A DNA stretch of 59,461 nucleotides, the filler included, from Sphacelaria rigidula (Eukaryota), in assembly GCA_964200075.2 (NCBI GenBank). It is 8 parts of 8 records of this genome, joined end to end, with 100 filler letters (N's around TTAATTAATTAA, not from the genome) between each part and the next. Parts side by side here need not be neighbours in the genome. Positions count along the whole stretch, not along the records: positions 29,782 to 37,126 come from CAXNAA020015331.1; positions 37,227 to 44,571 come from CAXNAA020015332.1; positions 44,672 to 52,016 come from CAXNAA020015333.1; 5 more parts are not named here. The stretch is one strand, 5' to 3'. Below the pieces are notes generated by a model. The model saw only the letters and a program-made list of their open reading frames with translations. It ran no database searches and was not told the DNA's origin. Made by a program: the position numbers and the translations under genes. Shown here piece by piece: positions 36,379 through 50,431 of this stretch. Numbering within the stretch: position 1 is the first letter of the stretch; the number at the start of each line of letters is the position of its first letter.

Positions 36379-37126
36379 GTACGTCCCCCAGTTTGCCCAC
36401 CGCTTACTTCACTTCTGCCATCGAGGGCTCCGCCGCGAGCGATGTGTGCTCTGGCAGCTGTTCGATGAGGTCGATGACAGAGTGATCGATTGTAGGTGAG
36501 GTTGCGTTCAGCAGTGTGTCAAACCATTCCTTCCATCGTTGCAGGATAGCTTACTTGTCCCGCAACAGCTCGCTAGTCGCGCTCCGGACGTAGGTTGAGT
36601 CGCTCTGCTTCTTTCCTTCCAGTTCTAAGGACTTGATATGCTGGTACAGTCCTGCTTGATCCTTCTTGCGAACAAAGTTCGCGGTCCGTACTGTGAACTC
36701 GTGGACGAAATTCTGCAACTCAGCATTGTTCACCCGCTTAAGCGCCTTGTCCGTCACCTTCAGCGCCTTCATCAGGGCATTGTCTTTGGGGTTTGCTCGT
36801 CGTTTTTTCCATACACTTTCCCGGAGATCCCATGCCTTTTGGAGGCGGTCCTGAGCTTGAGATGACTCACTGAAACCTCTAGATTGGGTTTTCTTGGCGC
36901 ATGGAGGGAGTGTATCCGCGGACGTCTGTCGCAGGGCGTTGGCAAAGGTAGATGCCATGTGGTTGACATCCGTCACTGCGGGGGAATCAGTGGCATTCAG
37001 GAGCTTAACGACAATGGCCTGTGCAACAGTAGCCCTCCAGTTTCGGTCGGATGCGAGGGCTTGGCGGTCGAAACGCACTCCCCTCTCCCCGCCTCTCGGT
37101 CGGGGTTGGCGGTTGGGGGCGTTCCG
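36379..37126 (-). mobile_element. RTE-like LINE ORF2 fragment (region between APE and RT) ending the array
   Basis: GLYQHIKSLELEG...ELLRDK*AILQRWKEWFDTLLNATSP...LAAEPSMAEV; abrupt junction with the array spacer at 36378/36379. Confidence 0.85.
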
Positions 37127-39961
37127 NNNNNNNNNNNNNNNNNNNNNNNNNNNNNNNNNNNNNNNNNNNNTTAATTAATTAANNNNNNNNNNNNNNNNNN
37201 NNNNNNNNNNNNNNNNNNNNNNNNNNAAGAACGGTACTCCAGAAAAACTCAGAAAAAAGGACAACTACGAATTCTGAAAACTTCTGACGCTGACTACTAT
37301 AGTTTTGGCCATGACGTTAACTCAGAGTACCGCGTGCATCTCATATCGTGGCGTGATGTCGTACGGTGAGTCTTGTTTAATATAAAACTCGTGGAATGCC
37401 ATGGCTGACGCACGTGGCAGCAGCGCCGCAGTTACCAACGCCACGGGTCTCGCACGCGTGGTGGTTTTGAACAAAGTGGCGAAAAACAAAAAACGACCCT
37501 GACGTTAACCATAATTTAGAAGTATACAGTTTAAGCAAGTAAGGGCTTCCAGCTCCACGGCTAACCTGACCGCTAGGGGTGTTAAACAGAGGGGGTTAGC
37601 CTCCGAAAAGAGTCCGGGCTGCTCAACGACACTCTACTGCAAATTGCCCACTTTCCTTCATTTCTTCAGATATACTTGATTTTAGAATATATTTTTGACA
37701 TGGAGATATCGTGCGTTAAGATGACGCCCTCCCTATTCAGACACCACATACACTTCCACACCACTGACACATACGGAGTTGAACCTTTTTTTCATGTGCT
37801 TTTCAACCTTACCCTCAGAACCTGCAGAAATAGGTCATTTTCCGATATTTTCGGCCGAGCGCGGGACGTGCCCTGGAGAAGGTGACAACCCGGTGGGTGC
37901 ATTCGGATTCGAAGCACGCGACGCAAGAAATAGTAAACACGCTCCGGCCTTGTAGTGGGTGTGAAAATATATCGAAACTCGTTCGGCTTTCCAACTTTTT
38001 CCGTCCAAGGAGGATATTTGGGTCAATATTTATCTTGTGTGCGTTTGTCGAGCAGAAGCGATGGGCTTCGTCTTTCCGCTGCATATGATCTCTTGGCTTT
38101 TTCCGCTGGCGATGGTTCATCTGTGGACGTGTGGGTATGACCTGTAGTGTTGAGGGTGTGCGTGCCGTGGCGTGCGCTATCGGCCGGCTCTGATGTGTGC
38201 AGGTGGATTCAAAAATGGTATTGGTTAGACCGGCGGGCCTGCACCATGACCGATGGAACTGATTTTACTCCGCCAGCGGGTTCTGTTGCTCCTTTTCCAT
38301 CGATGAAAAGTGTTCGCTAGGCAACTTGTGCGTTGCAGGACCTCATCTTGACAAGAGCGCGTTCTGTGCAACCTAGGATCGCAGCCCCCATTAAAAATCT
38401 AGATATCAGAACTCCCAATAAAACCCAAATCAGGACAACTTCACCCCACCAAGTGGTGAACGCAACTGTAACGAAGAACCACAAAACTGGCTTCCTGGAA
38501 ATAGCGGTGATTCTTTCCGTATACGGGATGTAGTCGAAGGCACGTCTGAGAATCTCAACGAGCGTGGTTGACACACGTGACTGAACCACGTTACATTTTC
38601 ACAACCCAACTCGACCAAACACGCACAGACATCTACGGCACAAGAGCAAAACGCTTGGCGCTCGTTATTGCTATTCTATACACAGTGCTCTTGTTTCACG
38701 GCAATCTCTGTGGTGTTGGATGAGGGTCAGCCGTGCTAAAACGTACTGGAGATGGAGTCGTTGACGGTTATATGTAAGGGCATATTTTGTTCCCGAGGTG
38801 ATGAGTAAGACATTACCAAGCGAACAAATCATAAAACAGGAACAAAAAAACGGTGTTTACTCAACGCCACCTTTGAGGGCAAATAAAATCGCTCATCTTG
38901 GGACGGTGCGGTGCAAGCTGCGAGGAGTCGGTGGGCATTGTGTGCGGTTCGAGCGATTACTGAGGAGTTTCGAAGTACTTGAGTGACGGCCTGTCCTTTG
39001 CTCCGCATCGAAAGGGGATAATAGAGGTATCTGTCATGAAGTTGCTGTAGCTCGGGGCGTGATACAGACATGCTTTCAACAGCTTTTAATGAAAATTACA
39101 GTTTTCCTCGGCAGTCAAACGTTATAACTTGCCGTTCATTCTGTGTGCTTGGAAGCTGGGCTGCCCTGTTATTGTTTGTTCGACATAGCTGTACAGTGCA
39201 GGCTGTCATGGTCATGGAATCTGGATTTTGTTCGATGGCAGTGCTTATCAGCGTTTGCAAACCAAAATAACGGCGGTACTGCGCTGTATTGTATGTACGA
39301 CATAGCTGTACAGAGCAGGCTGACGAGGGCATTTTTTTAATGTTGACTCTTTGAAGAACTTTCGAATGAAGTGTGCCGTTGTTGCCCTGTATTCAATATA
39401 CTACGGCCCATAGCTGTACAGTGCAGGTTATCGCGAGCGTGGCCTATGGAGCACCATGTCGATGAGGTGGTGCTATATAGGGCATCGGACACAGGAGTGA
39501 ATGTTGTACATACTGGTCCGAGAAGGATCATTTTTTACTTGGATTGAGTATGGGTTCAGCCGTCAGGGTTGTACTGATCCATGTGTGGAGCGGAGAGACA
39601 GTTGGGCTATTAATAAACAGGAGGACACAGCGAAATTACGCTGAACAATTACATCGCACCGGGCATGACAGTTTTGACGCGCAGAGTCAAGAGCGCACTG
39701 ATAGTGCTGCGAGATGGCATCGAGCTCATGTCAGCAGCTCCATCATGGGAGAGTATCCTTGAACCGTTTGTCAAATACAACGAGCGCAGGCACAATTATC
39801 CAACTGGAAGTCGGCTGCAAGGCTGTTTCTCCATCTAATCCCTGATGGTGATCATTTTTCTCCCAGATTGAAAAAATGTGTTGATGATTTCTGCGACTGG
39901 GTCTAGGCAGGCAAGCAAAAAGGTGGTCTAGATAGGCCTTGGAGAAGAGTCCAACCCACAC

Positions 39962-40174
39962 TAGAGGTATCTCAAACTCGGCTCCCAGTATCCTGGTTTG
40001 TTTTGCTCTAGTTCTTCAAGTGGAAGTGATGGCGATTCATCAGATGATGAGACCCTTCGACAGCCAGGTCAGGTCCTCCTATGAATCGCGATTACTTTCA
40101 CTTGAAAAAATAGCCTACGACTCAGAGCCAGCGAATAAACCAGGATACCGGGAGCCGAGTTTGAGACACCTCTA
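39962..40174. mobile_element. 213-bp fold-back element (MITE-like)
   Basis: Outer arms of ~41 bp (TAGAGGT.TCTCAAACTCGGCTCCC.GTATCCTGGTTT) and inner arms of ~26 bp are complementary. Confidence 0.75.
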
Positions 40175-42709
40175 CTGAGCCAAGAAAGACCGGTTTCGCG
40201 CATTTGGAGGACAGAAACTGGCGAGGGTGCCGAAATCGCGTTTTTAAACCGAAACCAAATGTTCTGTATAAAAATCACCCCAACGATGGAAATCAGATTC
40301 TGTATATATATATTATATATATACATATATCATGTCGGGATTCGAACTCATGACCTCTGAAACAGGAATTTCCTGTACCAGCTACACCACTGGGTGAACC
40401 CGTGTCACAGAAAAAGTTGCACGCGCCGCTCAATCTCAGGGTTTTTGAGACGAGCTTTCACAAGAATCAAGTAACTTGAAACTCATTGACCGAAGCAACG
40501 TTTTTTATTTCTTCAAATAGAGGTATGGCATAGTCATTTCTTTGCCGAATTGAATCGCTCTTCCTGCTTTTGAAGTTTTCTTTTTTGCTGCGTCGGAAAT
40601 ATTTCGCGTGTTGATGAAGTAAATCTCGTGTAAAAAAATAGGCTCCTCCTGAAAGTAAGCTTAGCGCAACTATCCAACCGCAGCTGGGAACTTTTTTGGC
40701 TAGCCCAGCTCGTAGCTGACTGGTGTTGAGTGACAAACTCTACAACATATGAATACATGATTTCGTAAGACGATCGCAGCTTGTTGTGTGGACTGCAGTC
40801 ATGCTTGCGCTGCTACTCGCGCATCAAGCATGACGGTCAAGCGAGCATGATTGGATTGCCTGTGCTGGGCAAAATGCTGGCGTACACGGCGGTGTGTGGG
40901 AATTTCGTGTTCTGATGCCCTGGATAGCATGCACGATCCATGGCGGTTCCGGCGAGCTACGTCGCATCGCATGCGGTCCGTGAAGTTCAGATATGTGTGC
41001 ATGTGGACCTGTCGCTACATTATGTTACTAGTGTGCATGTATTGGGCGAAGCGTCAGGGTGTGGTCGTTTTCGATATATTGCTGCATGCTGGATTAGTGA
41101 AACCGCATGTTCCTTTTCGCACAAGAACGCAGCTGACTGGTCTCCATGCGACTTGCACGCAATGACTGTTTGAAACGCGTATGGCTGCTGTTGTGCGTGT
41201 GGCGTGAATATGGGCGGAAAGTGCGAAATGCGAAGGCTCGTGTGTGAGCAGGTATAATGCGAATGTTTTTGTGGGTGGAAGATGAAGAAATGGTGAGTAC
41301 GCTCAACAGTGACCTTTAACCGGTGCACGTATCTTGATGGAGTGTTGCGTGTTTGGACGAGCACGTGGATGGTGTCTCGCTTTTGTCTAAAAGGAAGCAT
41401 GTGACTATTGAGTTCATTCGTCTGAAAGGAGCGGTGCAGGTGAGCTGTAATTCGTGTTGAGATATGAACGGCATTTCACTTCCCGGTTGATAGATACATA
41501 GGATATCACCGTCCTGAATCCAAGTGGGATATCACAAATGAATGTTTCTTGGGGTGTACCCCATGGATCGAGTTCGGAAACCATATTACTACGGGTGGTC
41601 AGCAGCCGCGGAGGGCGTGGTCTGTTTGGTGTTGTTGGATCGGTACGCGTTGCTTCAAAAGCAGTTAAGCCATAACTTTCTCTTCAATGTCTTCATGGGT
41701 TGGTTGGCGAGAGAGAGCTTTGCAGCCTTCACGGAGGACAAGTGTGCGACGTATTCGTCTTCACGGAGTTAAACAAGCAAGACGCCAGCTGCATTTTAGT
41801 CGTGTTGGATATCTACCTCATTCTAGTCTGAGGATGATGCATCGATTTACTAGTGCATTCCGTTGCGCAGGTATTGAACTTACGAATACACACTCTGGAT
41901 GTTCGAAAATACCTTGCTCGAATAAGAGAGACGACAATTCACGAATGACTTGGACTCTCACGTTCGTCGACGTTTGAGGTATCCCTTGTCCATTTGGAGT
42001 CATATATTTGATTTGGGCAAGGGTTTGGGAGTTTGGCGTCAACTACCGATCCGTGACTTGGAGTGATGTGAGCGTTGGGACAACCGCGGGATGACATACC
42101 CATGATGAATGCTTCGGATCTCTTGCCAGTTGTTCGGAAATTGGACAAGTTGTATGGAGCTGTTGTCGTATACAGCAGCATGGATAGTCATTCTATGTTG
42201 AAAACCACAGGTATACTAGGCAACTATCATGTCTGAGCTTTTGAAAGCTCTACAATAGCGTGACTACTTGTCGGTAGTAAGCGAGCTTTGGGGGTGATGT
42301 AGACTCTGCCCACTATTGCCACCTAGGTTCGGTGCACGAATGTGGTTGGGACAGCGTGCAGTAAGCACCTTTACAGCTGGAAGATGGATAGCGGGGCTGC
42401 GGGGCTGATAGGTGAACTCCGTGAGTGTCTTATCTCGATTATGGTTTGAGGTTAATTCTCACTTTGTGGGAGAAGCAGCTGGGATGCTGCTCTCCGGTAC
42501 AGCTAGGGTCAACATATGAGAAACCGTCGCTGAAGTCTACATGCTCATCACGGGAGGAGTCTGCGTAGCTGACTGGCGTCAAGTGACAGAACTAAACACC
42601 ACACTCTCCAGCAGGGGCGGGTCGACATGACCAGCTGTAATTAACCAGCTTCCACAATCTGCTGCACCTGTAGCACTGGAGTATTACAACTTCTCAGAAT
42701 ACCCCTCAC

Positions 42710-42941
42710 CTATAGGTAGCTGTGAAGATGAGGGCCCCGTTCTTAAACACCTGTATGTACGGGCAACACCCGAGCGCATCGCCGCCCACCCCTTCCCCCC
42801 TCGCCGCTGCCTCCTCCCCTGCTGCCACAGCCGCCGACCCTGCCCCCGCCCCCACGGTCTGGCCTCCCTTCATGCCGAAGGTGGGAATGGTGTTCATGAT
42901 CACACGCCGCAGCAGTAGCGGCTCCGAGCGCGGCCGTATCC
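42710..42941 (-). CDS. PTEN/tensin-type C2 domain exon of the same gene
   Basis: GIRPRSEPLLLRRVIMNTIPTF...GCCPYIQVFKNGALIF; joins the previous exon in frame; AG|GTGAGG donor. Confidence 0.88.
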
Positions 42942-43451
42942 CTGAGTAACATGTTACAGTGGTTGTTTCATCACAGATTCATTTTTAGCAGCCGTATGTT
43001 TCACATGTATTGGCGAATGAAGCTTTTTCACGGATAAAAGCTGGACAGTTTGAATGCTTCGCATGCTATTGATGCGCACACGCCCGATGAACTTTACCGA
43101 CCACTAGAGCGTTGTGATGTCTTGTGGTTGTTGACTGTGCTCCTGGCAACCAGCGTCGTGCAATGGTAGACTGGCCAGGGCGCAAAACGTGCACACATGC
43201 AAGCTGATTCACCAGGAGTTCTTGCACCCGCACATGACGCAACACTCTGAAATAATTTCCTTCAAAACCGTTTGCAATCCCACAACCAACCATTTGGTGA
43301 TGATGCCAACCTTGACCCCTCGACTTCAAAGTCCGCCCACCTAAATTCGATATCAATATGTTTTATGCACGCTTTGAATGAGGGAAAAGAAAACCTTTGC
43401 ACTCTTGTTAGCCGTCATCTGACCACAGGATTTGACGGGAGAGAAGCGTAC

Positions 43452-43574
43452 CCTCCATGACACTTGAAAAGTAGGACAGGTATCTTCGTTGGCTAGGGAT
43501 GGTCAGCCGCTCCATGGGGACACTCTTGCACGACGCTACGTGCTGCAATGCCTCATTTGGTGTAGAGAACTCTC
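43452..43574 (-). CDS. PTEN/tensin-type phosphatase domain, C-terminal exon
   Basis: EALQHVASCKSVPMERLTIPSQRRYLSYF contains the PTEN-family TIPSQRRY motif; 123 nt, phase 1-1, canonical splice sites. Confidence 0.88.
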
Positions 43575-44492
43575 CTGTTGTATATGAACGGCACGACGAA
43601 AAAAAAGAAAACGGCAAGAACAATGCGGGGGGGGGGGACAGATGGTACCAGGAACACGAAACGACCCGGTCAAGCGTAGGTCGCCGCTCATGGTGTGAGA
43701 TGAACAGCAGTCTGAACCTTGTACGCTGTGAGAAACAGCGCTAAGGCAACACGTGGGGGTCACTTCGCTCTTCTTACTGCGGCTTTTGACCCTGTAGGGG
43801 ATCGAAGTTGCCAAGGATCGAGTGAATTTATGGTGAATCTTGTTTGCTACATGCACGGGTATGTTTCCATCGCACGATTAGTACAGAGGTGAGAAACCGG
43901 CGTGCTGCTACATGTCAGATACATCGGGCAATCGATTCAGAAGATAGCAGTATCCACTGTATGCTCACCAGTGCCAAGCTTGTGAGCACTTCGGTTTGCT
44001 TCGGAAGTGGGCTGCTGCTCATGATTTGAAAGCAAGGGTCACTCTTCGCTCCACGTCTCCTGGCGCCATGTACTCTGAATCGGGTGTGAGGATGATAAAC
44101 ATTTGTGTGTCTCAAAAGAACTTGTCTTCACAGCCGAGGCCTCTCTGCAGCCGTGTGTACTGCGGGTACCGCCCTGCTGTAGAAATATGAATATCTCTCT
44201 ACCTACTGTTATGGCTTGTCGGATCGTGATTTTCAATCTTGGTGCTCCACCGGCGACAGGTCGTTGCATTGCCCATGAGTCAGCGGACCAACAAAATGCC
44301 CTCGCATGAACAGCAACTGAAGGCGCTCAAAGATGCCTTGACACAGTGTTGACAACTACTACCGCCCAGCAGATTCCCGTCGTTTAATGTCAGGATGTGA
44401 GTAGCAAGCAGCGAAGAAATGATGATAATCGACGTGATGCGGGAGTGTTAATCAAACCCGCGACACCAAAACATCAGGCATGGACTGTAGAG

Positions 44493-44571
44493 CCGGTCGC
44501 CCCGGTGGCTCAGTTGCTATCCTCGTAACCTTCTGATGGTTGAATTGGGGGGTTCGATTCCCGGAGCGATC
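44493..44571 (+). mobile_element. Head of SINE family A, cut by the block end
   Basis: CGGTCGCCCCGGTGGCTCAGTTG...GGTTCGATTCC, matching the reverse complement of 11140-11217. Confidence 0.7.
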
Positions 44572-47500
44572 NNNNNNNNNNNNNNNNNNNNNNNNNNNNN
44601 NNNNNNNNNNNNNNNTTAATTAATTAANNNNNNNNNNNNNNNNNNNNNNNNNNNNNNNNNNNNNNNNNNNNGACTAGATGAAACTTTCGGTGTTCGTCAC
44701 AACCCTGCAGTTACATACGCGGATTTTCAGCAACACTTCACTGTTTCGTTTAGCCGCCAGACACGTCATTCCTGGCCAGCCTCAGTGGTCGTTCTGGAGG
44801 CCCGGTCCCAAAAGGGTTATTCTGTGGAGATCGCCCTAGATTTTGTTGCACACGGATTGCTGTCCAGCGACCGCCCTCGAAACCTTAGAGCCCAGCGAAT
44901 CTGAAAGGTGGGCTAGGCTCCTCTCTGTAAGGTGATGCAAAGTGTCCGAGACGTGGGTTGGCGATTTTCACTTTTGGGAGGTCAAAGAACGGCTCGAACG
45001 TCCCAAAAGTGAACAATCCGTCGGCCAAAATCTGTGTGCCTTAACATCCGGCGTAAGACCCACTGTCATGGTAACAAATCTTGATTTACTCAAATTCGTG
45101 GACTCAAAATCGGGGGGACCACTTCATGGCACAGGCAGTACAGTATCACAGACTTGTAAAACGGTTCTATACACAGACGGTCATTTTCTGCATGAGTGTG
45201 GTACTGCGTACTCGTGCACGAAGCCGAAGAGCAGGCAGGTGGTAAACAATCCTTCGAGGACAGTGTCGTACTTTGGTACCCTAGGATAATACAGTGCAGG
45301 ACACTACACCAGTACAGTACATAATACTGCCGTGTGATGGTGCATGATGGCACAGCCGGTATTGCGAGAGCAGAGAACAAACAGTGCGCGAGCAGAGTTC
45401 AGTAGTGTAGTGCCGTGCATCATCCCTCAAGCACATCGACAACAGCTAGGAGAGTACCGTAGCGTTCGTTATAGTGATACATATGGCGGCGCAGCGCATC
45501 ATGAAATATTGCTATCGCCGCAGGGTACGGCGTCAGCACTTGTTATCCGCTTGTCAAACCCCTTGCGAAGTTGCTTCAGCAGCTGGGGCGGGCAGCAGGC
45601 ACGCCCTGTGCTGTCACGAAACTGTCTTCTGCTGCAGTTGCAAAAATATCAAACGCCTCGTACTCTAGCACTGTACGTCAATGCACATACGCCACCTCAA
45701 AAAATCGAGGGGAGTCACGATCTCGAAACTATTTGCCCCGATTTTTTCGCTCCCAATTTGGTCCAAAGCCGTGTTCATACAATGCGTTCCTTCATTCCCC
45801 CCCCCCGCCCCCGAATTTGAGAAAATCGAGATCGTGCTTGCCATTAAAGTGGGTCTGAGGGTCAAAAGAGTTTCTAGGCTGGCCCAACTCCCAGGGTCTT
45901 CGCGAAATAAAGTTGTTCAACTAAGTTTTGACAACAAACTTCCCCGTGATCATCTTTATCCTTGACGCGATAATCAGGCCAGTTATTTGACCAGACATCA
46001 GGCGTTAGTCGAGAAATGTATATTTCGACAATGAACGACCAAACATGTTGGTGTCATGATTGGTTGATGTCCCCGAGAGAGGTCAAATCCTGAGCACCTG
46101 CCAAAATGCCAAGAGGGTGCAGCATCCCAGTGTTGTCTGATAAAGCTCAAGAAGCCCCTGCATCGTTGGAATACGTCACAACGGCAACCCACCGAGCGAA
46201 ATGTCCAGACTGTGAAGGTGCCCCTTGAGATGGGTGTGTGACGATCACCCTCATCGCGCCCTCGGCGCAAAGGAGCGTGTGCCCACTCGAATAACGATAT
46301 TCTGCGTAGCCCTGGGGGCGGCAGAGCTGGGTCGAGTCTCATGGGAAGTAGGAACTAGTGGGTATCAGCATCAGGCGGGGTTGTACAGTACTCTCACGGT
46401 CCGTGTGAGGGTGCAAGGCGGCACATCGAGTAGATGACTTCGGGGTTTCTGAAGCATGAATATATTATCGATCTTGGAGACACAACCCTTTGTGCGTTGT
46501 TTAGGCCCCGCACTGAACACTGTTATGTTGCGCCATCCTGTAAGTTGCTACTGCCCCTGCTGTTGGCAATATGCCGTATGGTGTTCTGCTCTGTACTGCT
46601 CTAATTGCACTCCTGCTCTATACTAAAGTTAGTACATGTCTTGCTCTGTACGCACGTTTTTCAAACGGCCATGGGGTAACGGCCGTCCGCGTTGGAGTAC
46701 TAGCAAATATATGGAAGCGTCCTGCGAAATAAAATCGGGTAGTTTGCAATGTCTTGTTTTTGTGTGACGCCCCTCCTTATGGTCAATGAAGAAAAAGTTT
46801 TCAGGAGTTTTTTCGGTCCTTCGTTTTTCGCCCTAAAAGAGAGCGAGGCGAATTTGGACACCTTGGAATGACTTGCTCTTTTCGTTCAGACGATTTCAGG
46901 GCGTTTTCGCGTTTTCCGGTGGCGGCAGTTTTTGCCGTGGCCAAACTTGCATTTTTTTCCAAGAACCGTGAAGAACGGCCAAATCTTGAGGGAAACTGCC
47001 ATTTTTCTCCGGACTTGACCGTCTTTGGACATTAATGCTTGTCTGGTACTGCAACCTGTGGCCACCGGAAAACGCGAAGATGTCCCGGAACCGTCTCGAC
47101 GAGTAGAGCAGGTCAGTTCAAGGTGTCAAACTCCGCCTAGCTATCTTTTAGGGCGTAAAACGACGACTCAAGACCGCAAAGGCGTTTTTACAGGAGTTTT
47201 ATTTGTCCACCATAGGGAGCGCCCCAGTTCGCAAACACGATCAGCGTGTTGGTCCACATGATTGGTGACGCAAAATTATCTCGTAAACGCTATAGTAGTT
47301 GGGCATTTATTTCGTTCTGGGAAAGGTCAAGAGTGCTGCATATGGTACGCATCAGGTCACCACCCATCCTCACACCTTTTGGTGTACCTTCAACGCTGGT
47401 GGTCGGATGCACACTACGATGGCACTGATTAATCCCTGTGTGATTAGGAAGGGTATCAAGCTGTCACATCTGCTGCAGATATTGATGTACCCGTTAGTTT

Positions 47501-50431
47501 CCCCGGTTGGTAATGTGCGCAATGTTGGAAAATCACGGTTTACCTTGTTAACCTTTTTTAATACGTTGATGGAAAATTGAAGATTTACATTTGACGTTGT
47601 TTCGGGCAAGAAATTATTGTTTTTCTAAAGCCTTTGAGCAAATGATTCGACCAAAGCGTGTTTTTCAGACGCGTGCGAATGGAACGTGGGAGAAAATAAG
47701 GTTTTCTATTCTATGGGTATGACGAATTGTTCCACCCGTCGGTGTTTTCTAACCCCGGCCAGAGGGCATGGCTGACCTTTCGTGAAGCAATCTTCACGCC
47801 GCACCTTCAGTAGATGCTTCGTGCCGCATCATAGCAAGCCTGCGCCTAAGCTGCAATAACAAAGGCGACACCGATGGCACATTTACCTCTGTTATACCCC
47901 CGTCTACTGCCTGTATTCGGAGACAGTCACCGTCAGGCCCTGTGGGGATGTGTTCACCTACTCCTCTGTACCGCGTGTGAAAATGATAGTTTCCGCTTAT
48001 TTCAAGTGTAAACTCACGTCATGCATGTTACTGTACTCCGTCGTGCGCGTTTATACGGCACCACACTGCGGTTTGATCATTTCGTGAAGGCAACGAGGAT
48101 GCCATGTACCCCACCGTTGTACATACTCCTGGTGCAGCGTAGGCGGGGGCCGTTACTTTGGCATATCCGATACAGGTTGTCACTTCGTCGGCTGTCATCT
48201 TTCGGTATATCTCATCCTGCACTTTGTGCTATACGGTTCCACGACACCACCTCCATCTGCGGGTTGATCATGCCTGAACGTTGCACAGCCGTACTTTGTG
48301 CTGCGTGAGGTGTATTACTCCGGCTGACGCTATCGCGTTCGGACCGTCTTTCCTCGTGGGCGGCATTGGGTTTTTATGCAATGATATTACACACCTTCTG
48401 TCTTCTTGCATGCAAGATCGTAACATCGTCATACAGTTACTCCGGACTGTAATTAAGTGTGTTTACTACTGTTTTATCTTTTATTATCTTCTCTCTTCCT
48501 TTCTTTCGGTGTACATTTTTGACATATGTGGCGTTTGTTGTTCATGTGTTTGTTTGTTTTTTTTTCCTTTTTTTTCTCTCCCCGTTGAATTCGGAGGAGC
48601 TACTTCTCACCGGTTTTCGTGGCGTCTCTCTTCTTATTTTTATTTTCGGTAATGTGTTATGTAAGGAATAGCAGGAAACGGTTTTGGAAAGGCGAGCCTA
48701 CGTCTGTGACCACGGGTTCGCGAGATCGGACTAATGTGCGGAAATAATAATAATGGTAATAATAACTGACTGTAGTTGTAGTTGCGAAAGGCTGTTCCGG
48801 TCGGTTGTCTTCCGTTTGCCAGTGTGTCGCCTGTCTGAACGCTGGCAATCACATCCGCCTGATGTCTTCCACATAATCCTGTGTGCCTCGCAGCGTTTTC
48901 TTTTGCTGCGGTTACTGTGCTGCCGTTCGGTAAGCGAGCCGGGGCGGGCGGTGTGCGCCGGGGGGCAATGAGCTGCCCCAACCGCCCTTGCAGCTTGTTC
49001 AGCGAAATGCCTGGCAGCGTCGTGGTCGTCCTTCTTAGCCACCCCTTCCAGCTGAACGTGAATTGCATATGGATCACTCTTCAGCGCTTCCACATGTGGC
49101 NNNNNNNNNNGTGGCGACGGGATTTCCACTTGCTCCGCAATATCATTGTCGCCGTATAGTGTGGCGTCCTACGCTCGCCAAGTGTTGATGATGCAGCCCA
49201 CCAAAACGGTGCACCACTCTAATTTCAAGTATACTAGTGCGCCACTCTAAGTTCAAGTATACTGATGTGACATATTCGCACACCGAACTCGAATTGAGGT
49301 ATTTCACAGATTCCCATTGACAGAAATCACATATATGGGATTTTGTACTGTTTTGCGAGAGGTTTGTCGATGCATACAATCGGACACACTTCGCCCGTCG
49401 CGTGATATCATTCGACAAACCCAACCCGACCGCCCCGGGGTTTCAATTTTGGTATATCCATGACGTATGCTCCTGGGGTCTTCTTTGGTCTTCCAGAGTG
49501 AAAATAGTTGCCGTCGGTCTTTTCTATTTCCATCTTTTCTTCTTTGTCACAACTTGAAATAATGAGGCGTCTGGCCAGGGGACGAGAGGGGAGGGTTCCA
49601 AAAGGGTCAATCTGAACGCCCAAATTGATGGATATGCCCGGGTTTTAGTCGTTGTGACACTTGAAAAAAATTGCACCCTTCCGCTCCCCGGTCAGACTGG
49701 ATGATTGTATTGTATGTGTACTAGAGAAAAAGTTGAGCCCACGCTGATTGCATAATCCCAATTGGGTGCAAATGCGAAGATTTAGGATTTGAAAGGGACC
49801 TTGTAAATACGAAATCGTAGTCCTGGGGTGTTCCACATGTGACCTGTTTATGTGCGGAAGCATGAGGAGTGTGGTCTTTTTCAAATCACAGGAACGTATG
49901 GCTTGAAAATTTCTAAGGAGGGATACGTGACACGTGACATGAACGTTACGTTTTGGGCGTCACGTTACGTTCATGTTAATTTTTTCAACGTGATCAACGT
50001 CACGTTCACATTACATTAATTTTCCAGATGGCCCGCTCACGTTACGTTAAATCATACGAACGTGACACGCGTCACGTGTCACGTTACATAAAATTGCCCA
50101 AACGTTCAAATCACGTATTATGTAACGTTTCATGTCACGTATCACGTGAATTATACGTGACACGTGACATGAAACGTTACATATTACGTTACACGTTACC
50201 CACACACACACATATATATATATATATATGTATATTGTTATTTTTTTTCCATAGTTTCATCGTTTTTGTTTTTACTTGCTTTTTACTTGTTTTCCTTTTT
50301 CTTGTTTCATGTCGACCATTTCTTTCCGTGGTTTGCTTGTGTTGACTTTTTTTTTTCTGTTCCTTCTTTTTTTTTCCCCTTAGGGCGTGTTTCAAAATTC
50401 GTTGCAGAGTTGAAGTGTTCACCGCTCTATG

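Noticed and set aside
48731-49200. GC-rich open stretch (similar case at 56160-56600)
   Set aside because: Could be exon or TE remnant, but no domain or reliable splice boundaries; the first also spans an N gap.
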